Shown here piece after piece: positions 37,707 through 46,545 of a DNA stretch of 64,000 nucleotides (the stretch's first letter is position 1; each line of letters begins with the position of its first letter). The notes below the pieces were generated by a model. That model did no database searches and had not been told where the DNA came from. It saw only the letters and a list, made by a program, of their open reading frames with translations. The stretch covers positions 64,001 to 128,000 of the IMG/VR virus record IMGVR_UViG_3300044856_000216. The stretch is one strand, 5' to 3'. A program made the translations under genes and the position numbers. Source of the DNA: a virus.

Positions 37707-37909
37707 GTAGAATTTCTGTCAACTAATCCTTCTACTTCTGTACAATATCCTTCATAAGTTGTACAAGGATTATACGCACTGCATCCGTCACAACGCTTGC
37801 ACTTTCGCTTTGAACTGCTTACAATATGATACATATTCGGTTCTACATATTTCTCTTTAATGTCTTCCCATTGTTTTTGAGTTACTTTTAAATAAGCATT
37901 TACAATCAT
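37688..37909 (-). CDS. hypothetical Cys-rich protein
   Basis: 73 aa, CKRCDGCSAYNPC. Confidence 0.5.
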   Translation of the reverse strand: MIVNAYLKVTQKQWEDIKEKYVEPNMYHIVSSSKRKCKRCDGCSAYNPCTTYEGYCTEVEGLVDRNSTCESWH

Positions 37910-37949
37910 TTTCTCTTACCTCCATTTTTAATGAGATACACAAATTTCT

Positions 37950-38198
37950 TTACTCTGTATCGCATAATGTATATCCCATTCCTGCTAATACATCTGGTGC
38001 ATTATCATAATTGATTTCCTCAAAATCTTCTTCCATCCATGATAAAGTGCCCTTACAATCACATTCAGGACAAGTATCATTTCCGTGATTTATCAGCATT
38101 ACTCTTCCGCAGTTACTGCACACCACAAAATCGCAATATTCACTTTTATTTTCATTTGTAACTCTGTCTAATACAATATTTACAATATTTTCATCCAT
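37950..38198 (-). CDS. hypothetical zinc-ribbon protein
   Basis: 82 aa, CSNCGRV...CPECDC. Confidence 0.5.
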   Translation of the reverse strand: MDENIVNIVLDRVTNENKSEYCDFVVCSNCGRVMLINHGNDTCPECDCKGTLSWMEEDFEEINYDNAPDVLAGMGYTLCDTE

Positions 38199-38244
38199 TT
38201 TTAATCACTATTTACCTTCCTTAAAATCCATAGGAAACACGCAT

Positions 38245-38574
38245 TTACTCAGTTACTCCCAGCTCTACCATACAGATATAAAAATATCCATCTCCGTTTC
38301 TCTCTTTAAAACATAATGAATCTTCATAACTTTCATCTTTTACATAGCGAAAATCATTATCATCAATATATTCTTCTTTTCTCTTTTTCATATCTACAAG
38401 AGCTTTCTCTTTATTTGTGAATAATTTCATATCACATCCTTCTACACAATCAACATCTCCGTCCATATTGTAATTCTTTTCATATACTAAAAACATATAA
38501 TCACCTCTACCTTTCCGAAGAAACCATTTACTACCAGCTAATCTCACAAGTTTCCTTATTAAAGAAATAAGCAT
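38245..38574 (-). CDS. hypothetical protein
   Basis: 109 aa; probable start near 38496. Confidence 0.5.
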   Translation of the reverse strand: MLISLIRKLVRLAGSKWFLRKGRGDYMFLVYEKNYNMDGDVDCVEGCDMKLFTNKEKALVDMKKRKEEYIDDNDFRYVKDESYEDSLCFKERNGDGYFYICMVELGVTE

Positions 38575-39313
38575 GATTACTTAATACCTCTTCGGGTTCA
38601 ACTTGTGTTTTATTTACCTCACGAACCATATTTGAATACATTTCCATATCTGGATTATTGTCAATGTGAATAATACATTCGTGAATACTTGATGGAAGAA
38701 TTACAAGGTTACTATTATATTCCCTTGCAATATTGCTTAATAACTCCTTGTCACAAATTGCAACTGCTCCATTTACCTTTTCCTTATTTGTAACAATAAT
38801 CATTTTTGCTTCATTCAAATTAAGAAGTTCGTCACACCCTATCATATCGGCAATCATCTTTGCCATATCTTCAACAAGAATATTTTCTTTTGCATTTAAC
38901 AATGCTCTTGCAAAAATCTCATCTTCGCTTACTTCTTTAAACATCCCTGGCTTTACCTTGTATGTAGCATCTTCTGCGACTTTTACCCTGACATACATTT
39001 CCATATCAAGATAATCCCTCTTTAAAATATTTTCATTTGTTTTTCTCTGTAAACAAAGTTGCAAGTTATTTTTTGCATAATCCCACTTTACGATCTTATC
39101 CGTATTTATATCCATTTTTGGAATGTTTTCATAAATATTAATAATTTCACTTACACACTCATCTACTGTATAATTTAAGTCGGGATAAATAGTAGGTCTT
39201 ATTGTACCTTCACCTATAATTATTCCGACTTTTTCAATTCCATTTTTTACCACTGTTGTACTTTCTGCCTTGTATCCTCTGTTATTTAACTCTGCAATAA
39301 TTTTATTCATCAT
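38531..39313 (-). CDS. hypothetical protein
   Basis: 260 aa. From memory, the N-terminus resembles uncharacterised proteins of Firmicute mobile elements; unverified. Confidence 0.6.
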   Translation of the reverse strand: MMNKIIAELNNRGYKAESTTVVKNGIEKVGIIIGEGTIRPTIYPDLNYTVDECVSEIINIYENIPKMDINTDKIVKWDYAKNNLQLCLQRKTNENILKRDYLDMEMYVRVKVAEDATYKVKPGMFKEVSEDEIFARALLNAKENILVEDMAKMIADMIGCDELLNLNEAKMIIVTNKEKVNGAVAICDKELLSNIAREYNSNLVILPSSIHECIIHIDNNPDMEMYSNMVREVNKTQVEPEEVLSNHAYFFNKETCEISW

Positions 39314-39357
39314 AATTTTTTACCTGCCTTTCTTCTAATGAAATATCCATTTACTCT

Positions 39358-39576
39358 TTACTCTAAATCCAAATCATCTTCATCACAAACAGATCCGCAC
39401 TGTCCATCTGATGTAAGAATTAAGGCTCTATAATCATTTCCTCTAAATGATGCTATGCCTTTACCTTCTTCAATATATCCAATGTATTCTCCATACATAT
39501 CACCTGATGGTTGAAATACAATTTTCATATCTTCATCATAGTCATCCAACATTCTTTTTAATTCACCAACTGTCAT
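39358..39576 (-). CDS. hypothetical acidic protein
   Basis: 72 aa. Confidence 0.5.
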   Translation of the reverse strand: MTVGELKRMLDDYDEDMKIVFQPSGDMYGEYIGYIEEGKGIASFRGNDYRALILTSDGQCGSVCDEDDLDLE

Positions 39577-39582
39577 ATTTAA

Positions 39583-39918
39583 TCACTCACTTTCATTTTC
39601 AAACTCGTCAATAAACTTTTGTGTAAACCTACCTACTTTGTAAGTTCCATAGTTTACCTTTACCTCATCCGTAATTTCCAGATATCCGTTCTCAACCATT
39701 GCATCAATCAGATCAGGGCAATCTGTGCTTAAAAATGATTCTCCCTCATCAAGTGAATACTGTGGAATATTGATTGTTACATCTCCATACAATTCGCCTT
39801 TTTCATCACCACTTGCAACAAACGCAAGAACTGCTTTTCTATGGAACATATCTGCGTATGTATCTACTACAAAAGATACTTCGCAATCATTTACTTTTAT
39901 TGTTTTCATTTTCATCAC
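39583..39918 (-). CDS. hypothetical protein
   Basis: 111 aa. Confidence 0.5.
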   Translation of the reverse strand: MMKMKTIKVNDCEVSFVVDTYADMFHRKAVLAFVASGDEKGELYGDVTINIPQYSLDEGESFLSTDCPDLIDAMVENGYLEITDEVKVNYGTYKVGRFTQKFIDEFENESE

Positions 39919-40367
39919 TCCTTACTATTTGCGCCATCTGCAAATCCATCATCGTAACCCTTGTTATACATAGGATTCTCAAACTTTGTATTCGCTATTG
40001 GTGAATCTTCTTCAATGCCAAAGAAAGATTTCTCTTCCTCTGACATTTCACAGATTTCGTCAAAATATTCAAGAGCACTTTCTCTGTCGTCAGAGATAAG
40101 TCCATCTTTGAAGAGTGTTGCAAGTTCTTCAAGTCTGCATCGTGGGATATATCCCTCTTCAGTTTTGTATCTAAAAGCATCAATCGCTTTTGCTAATGCT
40201 TCTGCTTTTGATATTGGTGAAAATTCACCAAAGTTGTAATAGACATATGTCCATACCCATTCACCTTTTGCCTTGTCAAGCCTATTGACTACCGCATATT
40301 CATCCATCCGTGTTTTACGGAGAATTAATGCATAATCACCTTTTTCCATTATTACTTCATATTTCAT
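39915..40367 (-). CDS. hypothetical protein
   Basis: 150 aa; immediately downstream of the HicA-like gene. Confidence 0.55.
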   Translation of the reverse strand: MKYEVIMEKGDYALILRKTRMDEYAVVNRLDKAKGEWVWTYVYYNFGEFSPISKAEALAKAIDAFRYKTEEGYIPRCRLEELATLFKDGLISDDRESALEYFDEICEMSEEEKSFFGIEEDSPIANTKFENPMYNKGYDDGFADGANSKE

Positions 40368-40372
40368 TTTTA

Positions 40373-40600
40373 TTACCTCCTACTACTAATTTTTGACAAT
40401 AACTCTCTGCCACCCTTTAGCGAATGCCTTTTACATTCACCAAGCCATAGCATTCTATTTAACGACTCTGGAAGACTTATTACATCTCCCTTTTCATTCT
40501 CATATATGTAATGAGAACCTGATTTCCGTTTGATATGGTATCCGTTCATCTCCATTACTGGATTGACGACACGGATATCACTATGCCATCTTTTGCTCAT
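40373..40600 (-). CDS. HicA-like toxin (YcfA/HicA mRNA interferase family)
   Basis: NGYHIKRKSGSHYIYENEKGDVISLP matches the G-S-H ... P core. Confidence 0.6.
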   Translation of the reverse strand: MSKRWHSDIRVVNPVMEMNGYHIKRKSGSHYIYENEKGDVISLPESLNRMLWLGECKRHSLKGGRELLSKISSRR

Positions 40601-40709
40601 TTGTTTTCTCTCCTTTTATTTATTTGACCGTATAGCCGTTATCCCAGCTATTATGCATTATTTATGCATATACCATAACTATGCACTTCCTTTGCATATA
40701 GTTATTCTC

Positions 40710-41630
40710 TTAAATTGCCTTCTTTCTTGTTACTTTTTTCTTTGTTGCTGTAAATGGGCTTTCCATTTCGTATCGAACAATTTCAGACAGATAATCAAAA
40801 ATCTGTGCCTGTGTTTTGTCCATGATATTTTCAACAAAGTATTCAGTTCCTTTACAATGCTTAATCAATGCTTGTTCCATCTCATCTGTTCTGCCTTCGC
40901 AGTAAGCATATAATGCTTTCAAGGCACGAATAATTTTTGCAGTATATGCTTTTCCGTTGTAAGAATCTGCATAACCATTCCAACCAAGCTTTCCAAGCAG
41001 AGTAAGCATTGAATCAAGAAGTTCAGGATTTGTCTTTGACAACTTTACTCCATCAGAAATAGATGTAAGCGTTCCTACTGTGTTTTCATTATCATCATCT
41101 CCTTTTACTGCAACATTATTTTTGTGACAAATTTCCTGTAATTTCACATAATCTCCCTTACCGCCTGCAATAGCAGCCTTGTAAATATCCATAGGTTGCA
41201 TTTTCGCTCTATCCTGTGACTGGTTAATAAACAAATCAATCGCTTCCTCAAGAGAACATTCCATAATTTCAACAACTACAGAATCCATTTTCGCTTTGAA
41301 AGCTCCATAAATTCTGTGCTGACCATCAATAACCCATAATCTTCCTTTGTAAAATAATACCTTCGGAACATCCCATTTGTACTTGTTATATGCATTACCA
41401 ATTGTATATGCTCTTGTAAGTTTTAATCTTCTCTGCCATTCAGGAATATGGATATACATTGGATCTACTACAAGCTGAAGCTTATCTCCAACCATACTGT
41501 TTCGTTTTGCGTCCTTAATCATCCGTGAAATATAATCAGTTTCCATTTTGCCGGTAAATCCTTCTGCGTTCCGTGCTTCCTGCATTTCCATTTCTGCTTC
41601 TTTTGCTGTTAAATAAACTCTCTTACACAT
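40710..41630 (-). CDS. DGQHR / ParB-N-like domain protein
   Basis: PEWQRRL...LFYKGRLWVIDGQHRIYGAF. Confidence 0.7.
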   Translation of the reverse strand: MCKRVYLTAKEAEMEMQEARNAEGFTGKMETDYISRMIKDAKRNSMVGDKLQLVVDPMYIHIPEWQRRLKLTRAYTIGNAYNKYKWDVPKVLFYKGRLWVIDGQHRIYGAFKAKMDSVVVEIMECSLEEAIDLFINQSQDRAKMQPMDIYKAAIAGGKGDYVKLQEICHKNNVAVKGDDDNENTVGTLTSISDGVKLSKTNPELLDSMLTLLGKLGWNGYADSYNGKAYTAKIIRALKALYAYCEGRTDEMEQALIKHCKGTEYFVENIMDKTQAQIFDYLSEIVRYEMESPFTATKKKVTRKKAI

Positions 41631-41701
41631 AATTGTGCCTCCTTGATTAATAATTTTTGGTATAAAAATAACGGCTTGCCTTTTGACAAACCGTTTAGTA
41701 A

Positions 41702-41980
41702 CTAAATTAAAGGCTCATTCAACCCTAACTCTTTGCGGATTTCCGTTGTCCAGTACTTAACATCCTCAAGCTCTTCTCCGTTCTCTATATCTGCGTCAAG
41801 ATTAGTGAGCAAGTACTTGATTGTATTATTTGGCTCACCTTTCTCTTTACTTGACTGGAATTCACACAAGTAATTATATGCATTCTCTGCAATCTCAATT
41901 GGTGCGAAACCGCCTTTCCAATGAGCGTTTGCATAATCAGCTATACAATAGAAATCTTTATAATCTAACATATTAATCAA
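41702..41980 (-). CDS. hypothetical protein
   Basis: 92 aa; probable ATG start at 41971. Confidence 0.5.
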   Translation of the reverse strand: MINMLDYKDFYCIADYANAHWKGGFAPIEIAENAYNYLCEFQSSKEKGEPNNTIKYLLTNLDADIENGEELEDVKYWTTEIRKELGLNEPLI

Positions 41981-42116
41981 CCTCCCTTCTACCTGTAATA
42001 GTCAAAGTAAAATTCTGTCTTGCTACTACAGTAATTTTTGTGTAACCTTTTCTTTTCAATGAACGGATTGCCTTCCGCTCGTTGTACATTGGAACGTTGA
42101 ATAGTGTGTAACTCAT
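41973..42116 (-). CDS. small basic protein (47 aa)
   Basis: Own translation MSYTLFNVPMYNERKAIRSLKRKGYTK...; AAAGGAGG upstream. Confidence 0.4.
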   Translation of the reverse strand: MSYTLFNVPMYNERKAIRSLKRKGYTKITVVARQNFTLTITGRREVD

Positions 42117-42238
42117 GCTGCATCCTCCTTTAATAATACATATTCAAGATAATCAGTTTCCGTTGCGAATAACTGATATCTACTTTCGCTTTTCAGCCAT
42201 CCCATATAGCCGTTGGGTACAGTGTATCCTTTAATCAT
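42113..42238 (-). CDS. small protein (41 aa)
   Basis: Own translation MIKGYTVPNGYMGWLKSESRYQLF...; TAGGAGG upstream. Confidence 0.35.
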   Translation of the reverse strand: MIKGYTVPNGYMGWLKSESRYQLFATETDYLEYVLLKEDAA

Positions 42239-42247
42239 TTTTTCCTC

Positions 42248-42427
42248 CTACAGTAATGCGGATAATATCTCCGCAAAGCTCTTGTGTGGTTTAGTTTTGT
42301 TTCTCTGTTTGCGTTTTGACGCAAGCTCTTCTGCATACTTCATATTTGAGTACGCAATTTCTGCCTCTGGTCTTGTGTCTATAATCTCTGCTCCGTTGTA
42401 AGCACGGTACATAATTGCTTTCTGCAT
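42248..42427 (-). CDS. hypothetical protein (59 aa)
   Basis: MQKAIMYRAYNGAEIID...; GAGGAGG upstream. This is the C-terminal part of the 100-aa track ORF. Confidence 0.45.
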   Translation of the reverse strand: MQKAIMYRAYNGAEIIDTRPEAEIAYSNMKYAEELASKRKQRNKTKPHKSFAEILSALL

Positions 42428-42428
42428 T

Positions 42429-42569
42429 TTACAGTTCCTCCTCTCTTGCTGTGCGTAAAATCCGTGTGATTTCACTTTCAGTTGTTGCGTTTTTGATTTT
42501 GTTAATTGTTGTTTCGCTATAGCAAAGCTGTTTAGCAATGCGGATAGCATTATATTTTATTGCGCCCAT
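42429..42569 (-). CDS. small HTH-like protein (46 aa)
   Basis: Own translation MGAIKYNAIRIAKQLCYSETTINKIKNATTESEITRILRTAREEEL; GGGAGAATAAATA before the ATG. Confidence 0.4.
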   Translation of the reverse strand: MGAIKYNAIRIAKQLCYSETTINKIKNATTESEITRILRTAREEEL

Positions 42570-42573
42570 TTAT

Positions 42574-43113
42574 TTATTCTCCCTTCTGTACGTAATCAAA
42601 TCTTTCAATTACATCATCTGTGTAATTTGTCTCTGGATTGTAAATTAGATATGTTATTATTGTGTTTCCCTTCGTGCAGTCAACACTTTCATATGAGATA
42701 TAGCTTTCGTCCTCAAGACTTCCGTTTTTCTCATCGTCTATGACTGTTCCAATGCATTTTTCTATGATTAATTTGCCTTGTCTATTAGCAAGGATATCTT
42801 CTGTAAGTTCAGAAGAGTCATAGACTTGGCAGATATTATTCTGTGTTTCTGTTTTGCTTGGGATTACATTTGGCTCAAAATCGTAACTATCAGTTGATGT
42901 GTTGATAGTCAGTTTATTTTTGCTTGTATAGTAATCAATTGATTTGATATCAGCGAGTGACATATATTGTTTTGCGTTTGGCTCAACTATTTTCTGTGTA
43001 GACATTGTTTTGCCTATTAAAAAAGCACTCATTACGAGTGCTGATGTGATAAATGTGTATGCTATTTTGCGTTTCATTTTGCGTTTACCTCCTTTTGGGC
43101 ATAAAAATAGCAC
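42574..43113 (-). CDS. secreted/membrane-anchored hypothetical protein
   Basis: 179 aa; signal-like MKRKIAYTFITSALVMSAFLIG. Confidence 0.6.
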   Translation of the reverse strand: MLFLCPKGGKRKMKRKIAYTFITSALVMSAFLIGKTMSTQKIVEPNAKQYMSLADIKSIDYYTSKNKLTINTSTDSYDFEPNVIPSKTETQNNICQVYDSSELTEDILANRQGKLIIEKCIGTVIDDEKNGSLEDESYISYESVDCTKGNTIITYLIYNPETNYTDDVIERFDYVQKGE

Positions 43114-43159
43114 CCGGAAATTGGGTGCTTGGTGGGTGCGTTGGTTATATTTGACGCAG

Positions 43160-43462
43160 TTACATTGTTTTTAATTTCGCTTGAAGTTCTGCTATTTGGG
43201 CCTGGACTTCTTGCTTTGCCTGCTGCTTCTCTATATAATTACTATCTGGGATGAATTCCATTATCTCATCAGGCATACATTGAAAATAATCGCAAATACG
43301 ACAAATAATTTCTAATGTTACAGATTCATTATTAATTAATTTTTGCATAGTACCACCACCAATATTGGCAGCTATTTTAAATTCTTTTTGTGTTAAATTA
43401 TTTTCTTTTAGCTTATTAAAAAGCCTAGTATATTCAATACGCATTTTCTTATATGCCTCCAT
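43160..43462 (-). CDS. XRE-family HTH protein with coiled-coil tail
   Basis: NLTQKEFKIAANIGGGTMQKLINNESVTLEIICRICDYF. Confidence 0.65.
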   Translation of the reverse strand: MEAYKKMRIEYTRLFNKLKENNLTQKEFKIAANIGGGTMQKLINNESVTLEIICRICDYFQCMPDEIMEFIPDSNYIEKQQAKQEVQAQIAELQAKLKTM

Positions 43463-43506
43463 CAGTTATTCACCTCCTATAATAGCATATAATTTCGCTT
43501 TTGTAA

Positions 43507-43531
43507 AAGGGCAAAGTTGTCCCTTGCCCTT
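43507..43531 (-). terminator. possible terminator hairpin
   Basis: AAGGGCAA-N9-UUGCCCUU after the stop of 43544..43834; the U-tract is weak. Confidence 0.4.
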
Positions 43532-43543
43532 AATTTCCGTAGA

Positions 43544-43834
43544 CTATTTAACCCCAAAACTTTTTAATGTCTGAGGTTCAAGAGTGGCAACCATATAATA
43601 AAACAATGCATTCAGATATAATTCATCATCTTTTGCTATATGTTCCCAATTTTCCCTTGTTTCTTCTGCGGTTGCTTTCAGACCACCGCCATATTTTTGC
43701 CAAATAGTATCTCTGCTACCTACAGACATATCACGCAAATGGTTATCCATTTGACGCAAAGACTCCATCCGTTGAGCGGTGTTCCAATCGTTAATTTTGA
43801 GCATAGTAATGCCCTCCTTTTGTTTTTTAGGCAC
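43544..43834 (-). CDS. hypothetical protein
   Basis: 96 aa. Confidence 0.5.
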   Translation of the reverse strand: MPKKQKEGITMLKINDWNTAQRMESLRQMDNHLRDMSVGSRDTIWQKYGGGLKATAEETRENWEHIAKDDELYLNALFYYMVATLEPQTLKSFGVK

Positions 43835-43958
43835 ACTGTACCTATCTACAATGTTACCATAAAATCAGCCTCCTTTTCAATTTCCGTTTCGCTACTGCTC
43901 ATCGGTTACGGACTCACACCGTAAGACGGAAGGCAGAACTTAATCTGCCTTTATATAA

Positions 43959-44204
43959 TTATCCAAAACATAATGTTATTTTGCGTTCTGTATAAGTACG
44001 CAACTCATTATTCCAGACTGTGCCTTCTGTATGCGAATATGTGCATGGCAAACCCTCATATTTTAAATCCGCAAGACATATATCTTTTAATTTTTTATTA
44101 GGCAATTCTATTCCTAGATCTGCCTTTATAAGTTGAGATATTATATCTTTTGCCTTATAGTTACCTTCTGCATCTGAATGAATTGTTGTTTGCATATTAA
44201 GCAT
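43959..44204 (-). CDS. hypothetical protein
   Basis: 81 aa. Confidence 0.5.
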   Translation of the reverse strand: MLNMQTTIHSDAEGNYKAKDIISQLIKADLGIELPNKKLKDICLADLKYEGLPCTYSHTEGTVWNNELRTYTERKITLCFG

Positions 44205-44206
44205 GA

Positions 44207-44398
44207 TTATACCTCCTGCAAATCTAATTTAATCATGTCTATAACTACAGTTCCCTTATATTTCAAAGGTTCATTATAAAAGGCATTCCAACCCTCTTTG
44301 ATTTTTTCAAGCTGTTTTTGAGACAGCCACATGTCAAGCATGTTTTCTATTAAAGCCTGATTATTCATGACGTAAGTCCTCCTTAATCTCTGAAACAC
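44207..44398 (-). CDS. hypothetical protein
   Basis: 63 aa. Confidence 0.5.
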   Translation of the reverse strand: MFQRLRRTYVMNNQALIENMLDMWLSQKQLEKIKEGWNAFYNEPLKYKGTVVIDMIKLDLQEV

Positions 44399-44565
44399 TC
44401 TTCAAAGTCGCAAAGTGCCATTTCCCTATAAATTCCAGACGCACCGCCAAAAGTTCGTGCATATAAAAGCGCAAACTTATTTCGTGCATACTCTTTTGAA
44501 AATACGCCTATATTATAGGCAAGTCGAATAGAATATAATTCTTGTGAAAATTTGTCTTTCATCAT
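44383..44565 (-). CDS. hypothetical protein
   Basis: 60 aa. Confidence 0.45.
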   Translation of the reverse strand: MMKDKFSQELYSIRLAYNIGVFSKEYARNKFALLYARTFGGASGIYREMALCDFEECFRD

Positions 44566-44576
44566 ACTATTTCCCC

Positions 44577-45062
44577 TTAATCTCTAATATTTGAGGCAGT
44601 CCAGCCAGCGTTGCCTTTTCCGTACCAATGAGCCTCTTCAGTTACCTCGTTCCACTCAAGCGGATTATTAATCTGATGTGTGTTAATCCGTGAGCCAGTT
44701 CCTTTTTTATGCAAAGCATATGTTTTCATCATGCTTTTACAACTATCAAAGGACAGATTTTCCCTTTGAACCGTAGGAATATAGCCTAGCTTTTCACACG
44801 CAGACTTTACCCACTTATAAATCGGATGGTCTGCATTTACAAGCACATCTTGCCAATATCCGCAGAAAATATGGACTGGCAATTTACCATTGAAAAGCGC
44901 AAAATCATCGCATACCCAGAAAACACGCTTTTCGTTTTCGTTGGTGTATCTACCGTAGATTGCACCTGGTAACACCTTAAAATCGCAAGGCAGATTTGTA
45001 ACAGTTCCCTTACATAAACGCACATAAAATTTTGGTGCGTGTACGTGGTTATTTTTTGGCAT
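44577..45062 (-). CDS. hypothetical protein
   Basis: 161 aa; AGGGGGG upstream. Confidence 0.6.
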   Translation of the reverse strand: MPKNNHVHAPKFYVRLCKGTVTNLPCDFKVLPGAIYGRYTNENEKRVFWVCDDFALFNGKLPVHIFCGYWQDVLVNADHPIYKWVKSACEKLGYIPTVQRENLSFDSCKSMMKTYALHKKGTGSRINTHQINNPLEWNEVTEEAHWYGKGNAGWTASNIRD

Positions 45063-45110
45063 GGTTTCACCCCCCTAAAATTAGGCGCACTTGTAGTGCG
45101 ATTTTTGAAA

Positions 45111-45164
45111 TAGGCAGGCAGGGAATCGAACCCTGCTCACCTAGCACTTGCGTACTACTACCTA
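45111..45164 (-). ncRNA. truncated tRNA-like element (acceptor stem + GCAA-capped hairpin + T arm, 54 nt)
   Basis: UAGGUAG/CUGCCUA stem, AGUAC-GCAA-GUGCU hairpin, CAGGG-UUCGAUU-CCCUG T arm; starts 3 nt after the stop of 45167..46003. Confidence 0.45.
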
Positions 45165-45166
45165 GA

Positions 45167-46003
45167 TTATTTTGCAGCCTTTTTGTCCTCAGACTTTACT
45201 TCAGGCTTGATAACCTCATGGTATTTCTCATTCGCAAGGACAACCGAACACAAGTCGGTAATACTTGCTACTTGCTGAGCTTTAGTCAGATTAAGGTTGT
45301 AGTTATACGGCTCATAATTCACCGTTTTATTACCTAAATCATCCTTGCCAGTCTTAATCTTTCTACTAGCGTTACCGCCAAAAGAAGCGACAAAATGATG
45401 TAATAACCACTCATCAATAAATGAACGCTTGCAAGTAACTGGATAGAAATACTTACAATCCTCATTGTTAAAAATCTCAACAATCAACGGACGGAGATAC
45501 TCTTTGAATTGTTTAAGCCCTGAACCTTTTGTGTAAAATGTTTTGATAGCATCAGCAATTTTCTTTGCTCTTTCATCTGAAAGAAAATCAGAATTAAAAG
45601 CTATAATATCAATAGATTTATAAATCTGGTGCGCTAATAAATTGATGTGAATACGGTCTGTCAGTGGTAAAGCGGTCACTGTATCAAGTGACATGCAAGC
45701 CTCTACTTCCTTGCGGAGATCTACGACATTGTCCCGCTTAGAGATAAAGTCCCCTGCATCTACTCCGAGCTTCTCAACGACAACCCCAACCTCAGCGGTC
45801 AAAGCATCTACACCGACAGCTACGCTCTCAAACTTTTCGCGTAAGTCTTTAAAAGCCTTCTCAGCCTTTGCAAGCTCAGCATGACGAACGACAGTTTTTA
45901 CTGCATCCATAACCAAAAAGTTGTTCTTTTTGCAAGCATCGAGATTGATTGCATCGCTTGTGATTGTAAATAATTCAGATTTTAACATAAATAGTCCTTC
46001 CAT
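45167..46003 (-). CDS. hypothetical protein
   Basis: 278 aa; probable start at ATG 45988 after GGAAGGA. Confidence 0.65.
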   Translation of the reverse strand: MEGLFMLKSELFTITSDAINLDACKKNNFLVMDAVKTVVRHAELAKAEKAFKDLREKFESVAVGVDALTAEVGVVVEKLGVDAGDFISKRDNVVDLRKEVEACMSLDTVTALPLTDRIHINLLAHQIYKSIDIIAFNSDFLSDERAKKIADAIKTFYTKGSGLKQFKEYLRPLIVEIFNNEDCKYFYPVTCKRSFIDEWLLHHFVASFGGNASRKIKTGKDDLGNKTVNYEPYNYNLNLTKAQQVASITDLCSVVLANEKYHEVIKPEVKSEDKKAAK

Positions 46004-46078
46004 CCTAGTTTTAACGTGGGGACATCCACGAAAATTTAATAGTTTTCAATGATTTTTTGCTGGAATAATTCCAGCGAC

Positions 46079-46144
46079 TGCGCTATAATGGAATTGAACC
46101 ACTACAAAAGATTTTATAAAAATCCAATGGTGCCAACTAGCGCA
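46079..46144 (-). ncRNA. irregular tRNA-like gene with reduced D region and UAU anticodon loop (possible tRNA-Ile-like or pseudo-tRNA)
   Basis: Acceptor UGCGCUA/UAGCGCA; anticodon arm GGAUU-UUUAUAA-AAUCU; T arm AGUGG-UUCAAUU-CCAUU. Only 12 nt where the D arm should be. Confidence 0.35.
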
Positions 46145-46529
46145 CTATTCACCGACTAAGGTTACTTATATTTTTTTAAACCGATTGAAGTAAAACAAGT
46201 TTTCGGAGCTTTTAAAACTTGAGTTTTTCGCACTAGCTCATACGGATATAAGCTATTTTGTAAACCAGTATAAAACCAAAACCTAACAACTAAATGTTTT
46301 TTACTGGCTTGTATGTAAAATCTATACGAATACAGATTATAGAAAAGTTGTGCTATGTATTGGTACTTGCTAACGGATATATGCTATATATACATTAGCT
46401 TGCACCCCGTCAAATATGTTTAGGTAAAATTAGTTCATGCCCCTGAACTTGCTAACTACATCTCATGCAATAGCTGTCTGCAATGTTATTATATAGGTTT
46501 ACCAAGGTTTACACCTACAATTCTATTAG

Positions 46530-46545
46530 TACCATTCTACCATTC
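46530..46545. repeat. tandem 8-mer TACCATTC x2
   Basis: Read directly, in the non-coding region. Confidence 0.8.

Noticed and set aside
39915-40367. Calling this ORF the HicB antitoxin
   Set aside because: Only the position supports it. I cannot see HicB-like sequence features.
42248-42550. 100-aa track ORF as a single gene
   Set aside because: It is better explained as two SD-preceded small genes in different frames (42429..42569 and 42248..42427).
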